From NCBI GenBank assembly GCA_004356015.1, contig SMYD01000016.1, positions 6,612-70,611 on the forward strand: a stretch of 64,000 nt of DNA, given 5' to 3'. Origin of the DNA: Acidobacteriota bacterium (GTDB lineage: Bacteria; Acidobacteriota; Polarisedimenticolia; SMYD01). Positions 59,347-64,000 of the stretch are shown here, in pieces; position 1 is the stretch's first letter, and each line of letters opens with the position of its first letter. The notes beneath the pieces were generated by a model that did no database searches, had not been told where the DNA came from, and was given only the letters and a program-made list of their open reading frames with translations. A program made the position numbers and the translations under genes.

Positions 59347-61593
59347 GTGGGGGCGCGGCGCCGTGTGGAAGTGGCAGTCCCGCTGCCGGTGCGCCGGCGG
59401 TTTACCTATCTCTGGCCCGAGGGCGCCGCTCCGCCGCTGCCCGGGCAGAGGGTGGTGGTGCCGTTTGGGCGGCGCCGGCTGACCGGTGTGATCATGCGGG
59501 CCGAGGTGAAGGAGCCGGATCCGAGCCTCCGACTGCGTGAGGTGGAACGGATTCTGGAAGCCGAGCCCAGTCTGCCACCGGTGGTCCTGGACCTTGTGCG
59601 TTTTGCCGCCGACTACTATGTGGTTGCCGAGGGTGAGATGCTACGGGCCGCTCTCCCGGCCGGTCTTTCGGCAGCCGGACGGGAGCCGGCCTCCATACCC
59701 AGAGAGGATGTGGTGACCCTCAAGGCGCCGCCGGAGATGTGGGAAGAACGTGAGGCTTCACTGGGGCGGGCGCCGGCCCAGGCCGCGGCTCTGTGCTTGC
59801 TCAGGAAGGCCGCCGGGCGCATGCTCCGCCAGGACCTGCGCCGTGAACGCGTCACCGCCGCCACTCTGCGCGCGCTTCTGGCGCGGGACTGGATCGAGAT
59901 CCTGCATGAACCGCGGCAGCCCCATGCGCCGGCCAGCCTGCCCGAGTTGACGGGTGGAGCGGTGAAGAACCTCACCGGGGATCAGGAGATTGTCACCGCT
60001 CGCCTGGTGACCGCCGTGGAACAACGTGAGGGAAAAACTTTTCTGCTGCAGGGAGTCACGGGTTCGGGGAAAACAGAGGTCTACCTGCGGGCGGCGGCTG
60101 CCGCCCTGAAAGCCGGGCGCCAGGTCCTGATTCTCGTGCCTGAGATTGGCCTCACGCCGGCGCTGGCATCACGTCTTGCCCGGCGTTTCGGGGACCTCCT
60201 GGCTGTCCTTCATTCCGGGTTGAGCGGGACCCAGCGCCGGGCCCACTGGGATCGGGCCCGGCGTGGTGAAGCCCGGGTGGTGCTGGGAGCGCGCTCCGCC
60301 GTCTTCGCCCCCCTTGCCGATGTCGGTCTCATCGTGGTGGACGAGGAGCACGACTCCTCCTACAAGCAGGATGAGTCGCCGCGGTATCACGGGCGGGACC
60401 TGGCTCTGGTGCGCGGCCGCGCGGAACAGTGTCCCGTGGTGCTGGCTTCGGCGACACCGTCCATGGAGAGCTTCCAGCGGGCGGTGCAGGGAAAGGACAC
60501 ACATCTGATCATGCCCCGGCGTGTGCATGCCCGGCCCATGCCGCGGTTCGAGATCGTGGATCTGCGCCGGGAGTTCCGGGAGGTGGGTCGGGCGAACCTT
60601 GTTTCACGCGCCCTGGAATCGGCGCTGATGGATATCCGGCACCATGGCGGGCAGGCCATGCTGCTCCTGAACCGGCGGGGCTGGGCTTCATTTCTCTTGT
60701 GTCGGGCCTGCGGAGATCCCGTTTCCTGTCCTTCCTGTTCCGTCTCCCTGACGCTGCATAAAGACCGGAGGCGCCTCGCATGCCATTACTGCGGCCATGA
60801 AGAGAGGGTGCCGCCGCGCTGTCCGTGCTGTGACCATGAGGCCCTCCAGGAGATGGGGGCAGGCACGGAACGGCTGGAAGATGAGCTGGCCACCCTGGTA
60901 CCGGGCCTGCGGATCATGCGCATGGACGCCGATGCGGTGCGCCGGGCCGGGGGGCACGCGGCAATCCTCTCGCGCTTTGCAAAGGGTGAAGCCGATGTTC
61001 TTCTGGGCACGCAGATGATTGCCAAGGGACATGACATCCCCGGCGTCACCCTGGTGGGAATTCTCGGAGGGGATGCCGCCCTCAGCTTCCCGGACTTTCG
61101 CGCGGCCGAGTGGACTTTTCAGCTGGTTTCTCAGGCCGCCGGCCGTGCCGGTCGCGGGCGGGAGCCCGGCCGGGTCATTCTGCAGGCTTTCCGCGCCGAT
61201 CACTACGCCCTCCTCCGCGCCCGGGATCATGACTATGCCGGATTCTATGCCGATGAAGATCGTTTCCGCCGTGCTCTTCTCTATCCTCCTCACGCTGTCC
61301 TGGCGGCGGTGCGCGTGCGCCATCGTCGGTTTGATGCCGGAGAAAAACTGGCCATGCATCTGGGTGATCTCCTGCGAGCCGACCCTGATGCAGGTGAACA
61401 CCTGCGCATCCTGGGTCCTGCCCCGGCACCGCTGGCCCGCCTGCGCGGCTACTATCGTTTCCACCTTCTCCTGAAATCGCGCCGGCGGCGGCGTTTGACC
61501 GCTGTTCTTCGTCGTCTCGCGGATCAGTTGGAGAAAAAGGGCCGTCAGGGCGGCCACGTCATCATCGACGTTGACCCGGTCAGCCTTATGTGA
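59347..61593 (+). CDS. priA: Primosomal protein N' (PriA helicase)
   Basis: 748 aa; Walker A GVTGSGKTEVY; DEEH box; Cys-rich zinc-binding region (CRACGDPVSCPSCSVSLTLH...CHYCGHEERVPPRCPCCDH). Start uncertain: GTG 59347 or GTG 59364. Confidence 0.9.
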   Translation: MGARRRVEVAVPLPVRRRFTYLWPEGAAPPLPGQRVVVPFGRRRLTGVIMRAEVKEPDPSLRLREVERILEAEPSLPPVVLDLVRFAADYYVVAEGEMLRAALPAGLSAAGREPASIPREDVVTLKAPPEMWEEREASLGRAPAQAAALCLLRKAAGRMLRQDLRRERVTAATLRALLARDWIEILHEPRQPHAPASLPELTGGAVKNLTGDQEIVTARLVTAVEQREGKTFLLQGVTGSGKTEVYLRAAAAALKAGRQVLILVPEIGLTPALASRLARRFGDLLAVLHSGLSGTQRRAHWDRARRGEARVVLGARSAVFAPLADVGLIVVDEEHDSSYKQDESPRYHGRDLALVRGRAEQCPVVLASATPSMESFQRAVQGKDTHLIMPRRVHARPMPRFEIVDLRREFREVGRANLVSRALESALMDIRHHGGQAMLLLNRRGWASFLLCRACGDPVSCPSCSVSLTLHKDRRRLACHYCGHEERVPPRCPCCDHEALQEMGAGTERLEDELATLVPGLRIMRMDADAVRRAGGHAAILSRFAKGEADVLLGTQMIAKGHDIPGVTLVGILGGDAALSFPDFRAAEWTFQLVSQAAGRAGRGREPGRVILQAFRADHYALLRARDHDYAGFYADEDRFRRALLYPPHAVLAAVRVRHRRFDAGEKLAMHLGDLLRADPDAGEHLRILGPAPAPLARLRGYYRFHLLLKSRRRRRLTAVLRRLADQLEKKGRQGGHVIIDVDPVSLM

Positions 61594-61611
61594 ATCACGG
61601 AGAGAAAAGGC

Positions 61612-63093
61612 ATGATCGTTGTCACCATTCATGAAAGGACTCTTGGTGCGGCCCGCCGCCGGCTGGCCGGTCTTGCACGAGGCGCCGGCATGGTGGAATT
61701 GCGCCTCGACGATCTGGCGGATCAGGATTGGCAGGTACTCCTTCAGGAAACCACGCTGCCGGTTCTGGTGACCTGCCGCGGGCGTTTATCCGGTGGCCGG
61801 TTCGACGGGCCCGAGGAGGCACGGCTGGCCGTACTTCGCCAGGCCCTTCAGGCAGGAGTGGCGCGTGTGGACCTGGAATCGGGCACTCCAGCCGAGGACC
61901 TCATTCAGGAGTGGCCGGGAGACCGTCTGGTTCTCTCTCATCACGAATTTCGTCCGGGTACCCAGGGACTCGAAGAGCACCTGGGGCGCCTGCTGTCTTC
62001 CCCGGGGGATATCGTGATCAAGCTCGCTTTCATGGCTCGGCGAACCAGCGATGCGCTCCTGGCCCGCAAGTGGTTGCGCCGGACCCGTGCCGCCGGTCGC
62101 GCTGCCGTCATTCTTCCCATGGGAGAGGAGGGGATTCCTGCCCGGATTCTTGCCCCCTCCTGGGGCGCCGCCTGGACTTACGCGGCGCCTGACGGCGCGG
62201 CGCCGGCGGCCCCGGGACAGCTTCCGTTGAGTCAGATGGCCGGCCTGTACGATGTGGACAACATCGGACCCGACGCGGTTCTCACCGGCATCCTCGGCTC
62301 TCCCGTGACGGCCTCTCTCTCGCCCTGGATGCATAACCGTGGGCTGCGGAACCTGGGTATCGCCGGTTGTTACCTGCCGTTCGCCACTTCCGACGCGGCC
62401 GATCTCCTGCTCAACGCGTCTGCCTGGGGCCTGCACGGTCTCAGTGTGACCCACCCCCATAAAGAAGTCGTGCTGCCCTGGCTGGACGATCTCTCCGACA
62501 CCGCTCGCAGGTGCGGAGCCGTCAATACGCTCTCCTTCGCTGGTGGCGGCATTCAGGGCGAAAACACCGACGGAGAGGCGGCCTGCCGGGCACTGGAGGA
62601 GGCGTTGCCTCATGACTGGCAATGGCCGGGCCGCAAGGTGGCCATTGTGGGCGCCGGTGGCGCCTCCCGCGCCGTGGGCTGGGCTCTTGGCCGGCGACAG
62701 GCTGTGGTCACCCTGTACAGCCGGGATGCCGCTCAGGGAGAGAGAACCGCAGCGGCCATAGGTGCGCTCCACCGGGATCTCAAGACCCTGGGGAACGACA
62801 CCAGGGAGATCCTGATCCACGCAACGCCGGTGGGGACCTGGCCCAACCATGATGTCTGTTTGCTCGGCTCCCGGGAGCTCAAGGCCGATCTGGTCTTCGA
62901 CCTGGTCTCCAATCCGCGGGAAACACTCCTTCTGCGCCGCGCGGCGTCAGAGGGATGTTCCACCCTGGGAGGATTGAGCATGCTGGTTCGCCAGGGTGAA
63001 GCCCAGTTTCACCTTTGGCATGGGGAAAAGCCCTCTCCAGGTTGTTTCATGGCCGCAGCGCTGGAAGGCTTGCGCTACCAAGTCGGCAAGTGA
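61612..63093 (+). CDS. aroDE: Bifunctional 3-dehydroquinate dehydratase (type I) / shikimate 5-dehydrogenase fusion
   Basis: 493 aa. N-terminal type I DHQase blocks (...VELRLDDL..., ...CRGRLSGG..., ...SHHEF...); C-terminal AroE (...GILGSPVTASLSPWMHNRGL..., ...VAIVGAGGASRAV...). One continuous ORF. Confidence 0.8.
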   Translation: MIVVTIHERTLGAARRRLAGLARGAGMVELRLDDLADQDWQVLLQETTLPVLVTCRGRLSGGRFDGPEEARLAVLRQALQAGVARVDLESGTPAEDLIQEWPGDRLVLSHHEFRPGTQGLEEHLGRLLSSPGDIVIKLAFMARRTSDALLARKWLRRTRAAGRAAVILPMGEEGIPARILAPSWGAAWTYAAPDGAAPAAPGQLPLSQMAGLYDVDNIGPDAVLTGILGSPVTASLSPWMHNRGLRNLGIAGCYLPFATSDAADLLLNASAWGLHGLSVTHPHKEVVLPWLDDLSDTARRCGAVNTLSFAGGGIQGENTDGEAACRALEEALPHDWQWPGRKVAIVGAGGASRAVGWALGRRQAVVTLYSRDAAQGERTAAAIGALHRDLKTLGNDTREILIHATPVGTWPNHDVCLLGSRELKADLVFDLVSNPRETLLLRRAASEGCSTLGGLSMLVRQGEAQFHLWHGEKPSPGCFMAAALEGLRYQVGK

Positions 63094-63115
63094 GCCTGTG
63101 TCTATAATGGCGTTC

Positions 63116-64000
63116 ATGGATGAGTCCCCGTCAAGGTACGCGCGCCAGATTCGTTTTGCCGGTCTGGGCCCGGTTGGTCAGAGCCGCCTGGCTTCGGGCA
63201 CTGCCGTCATGGTGGGGCTGGGTGCTCTGGGCAGTGTCTCGTCCGATCTGCTGGCGCGAGCCGGTGTCGGGGTGCTGCGGCTGATCGATCGCGATCTGGT
63301 TGATGAGAGCAATCTCCACCGCCAGCTTCTCTACACCGAGGAGGACGCACGCCAGGGTCTGCCCAAGGCGGTGGCGGCCAGCCGGCGCCTGGCGGCGGCC
63401 AATTCAGGTGTCGAGCTGCAAGTGCGTGTGGAGGACCTGGTGCCGGGCAACATCGATGGCCTGCTGGCCGGTGCCGACGTCATCCTGGACGGTACGGACA
63501 ATTTCGAGACCCGTTACCTGATCAATGAGTGGTCGGTCCGCGAGGGGATCCCCTGGATTTATGGCGCTGCGGTGGCAGCGTATGGCCTGGTCATGTCTGT
63601 TCTCCCAGGTGATACAGCCTGCCTGAGTTGCGTGTTCGAATCGGCACCACCGCCGGAACTGAGTCCCACTTGTGAGAGCGCCGGTGTGATCGGCCCCATC
63701 ACATCCCTGGTGGCTTCCCTGCAGACCGCTGAGGCCATGAAGATCCTGGCCGGCAGGAGCGCCCGGGTGAGCCGTGTTCTGACCGCCGTTGATGTCTGGG
63801 ATGGGCGCCTGCAGCAGATTGCGGTCAAGCGGCGCCAGAACGCAGGTTGTCCAACCTGCGGCCAGCACAGGTTCCCCCACCTGGCAAGTGAGGCTGGAGA
63901 AGGTGCGGCCCGTCTGTGCGGACGTAACGCCGTCCAGATCCGGCCGCGGGAATCCCGGACCGTGGACCTGCCGGCCCTGGCCCGGCGCCTGCGGCCGGCC
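63116..64000 (+). CDS. ThiF/MoeB/HesA-family E1-like adenylyltransferase (3' end beyond window)
   Basis: ATG 63116; ...YARQIRFAGLGPVGQSRLASGTAVMVGLGALGS...IDRDLVDESNLHRQ... with CxxC...CxxC zinc motif; frame stays open to the window end. Absent from the track because no stop is reached. Confidence 0.8.
   Translation, partial: MDESPSRYARQIRFAGLGPVGQSRLASGTAVMVGLGALGSVSSDLLARAGVGVLRLIDRDLVDESNLHRQLLYTEEDARQGLPKAVAASRRLAAANSGVELQVRVEDLVPGNIDGLLAGADVILDGTDNFETRYLINEWSVREGIPWIYGAAVAAYGLVMSVLPGDTACLSCVFESAPPPELSPTCESAGVIGPITSLVASLQTAEAMKILAGRSARVSRVLTAVDVWDGRLQQIAVKRRQNAGCPTCGQHRFPHLASEAGEGAARLCGRNAVQIRPRESRTVDLPALARRLRPA

Overview
This is a high-GC (roughly 65%) window from a Gram-negative chromosome with very dense coding. 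No rRNA, tRNA, CRISPR array or obvious mobile element was found. No single clearly undescribed system stands out. My best candidates for follow-up are the partner-switching module with its adjacent orphan secreted protein and AT-rich palindromic island (51.1-55.5 kb), and the paired HD-GYP proteins flanking metX together with the PCD-like/nitroreductase fusion (31.2-36.7 kb). Contents in order:
- 1-20.4 kb: the 3' end of rpoC, then an uninterrupted str-S10-spc-alpha ribosomal-protein superoperon (rpsL through rplQ). It includes fusA, tuf, secY, adk, map, infA, rpmJ and rpoA, shows many 4-nt start/stop overlaps and non-ATG starts, and ends in an intrinsic terminator.
- 20.5-23.7 kb: carB alone, with no carA nearby.
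- 24.0-31.2 kb, minus strand: a lipid A / LPS inner-core operon, waaA-lpxK-lpxL-gmhB-hldA-hldC, with hldE split into separate kinase and adenylyltransferase genes, followed by a GT-C-fold membrane glycosyltransferase.
- 31.2-36.7 kb: two HD-GYP signalling proteins (one REC-linked, one membrane sensor with HAMP) flanking metX, then a fusion of a pterin-4a-carbinolamine-dehydratase-like domain to a nitroreductase.
- 36.7-43.7 kb: an envelope cluster with an NhaD/ArsB-superfamily transporter, a secreted protein, two YkuD L,D-transpeptidases, a lipoprotein, and a divergent MltD carrying three LysM domains.
- 43.7-51 kb: a TPR/zincin-like protein, a MOP-type flippase, an AGCS alanine symporter, yifB/comM, a DUF2064-like protein and an outer-membrane beta-barrel candidate.
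- 51.1-55.5 kb: an FHA-GAF-PP2C phosphatase with RsbW-like kinase and RsbV-like STAS antagonist (partner-switching module), a large orphan secreted protein, and a strikingly AT-rich palindromic intergenic island.
- 55.5-64 kb: yicC-gmk-rpoZ-coaBC-udg(family 4)-priA, a fused aroD-aroE, and a MoeB/ThiF-like gene running off the window end.
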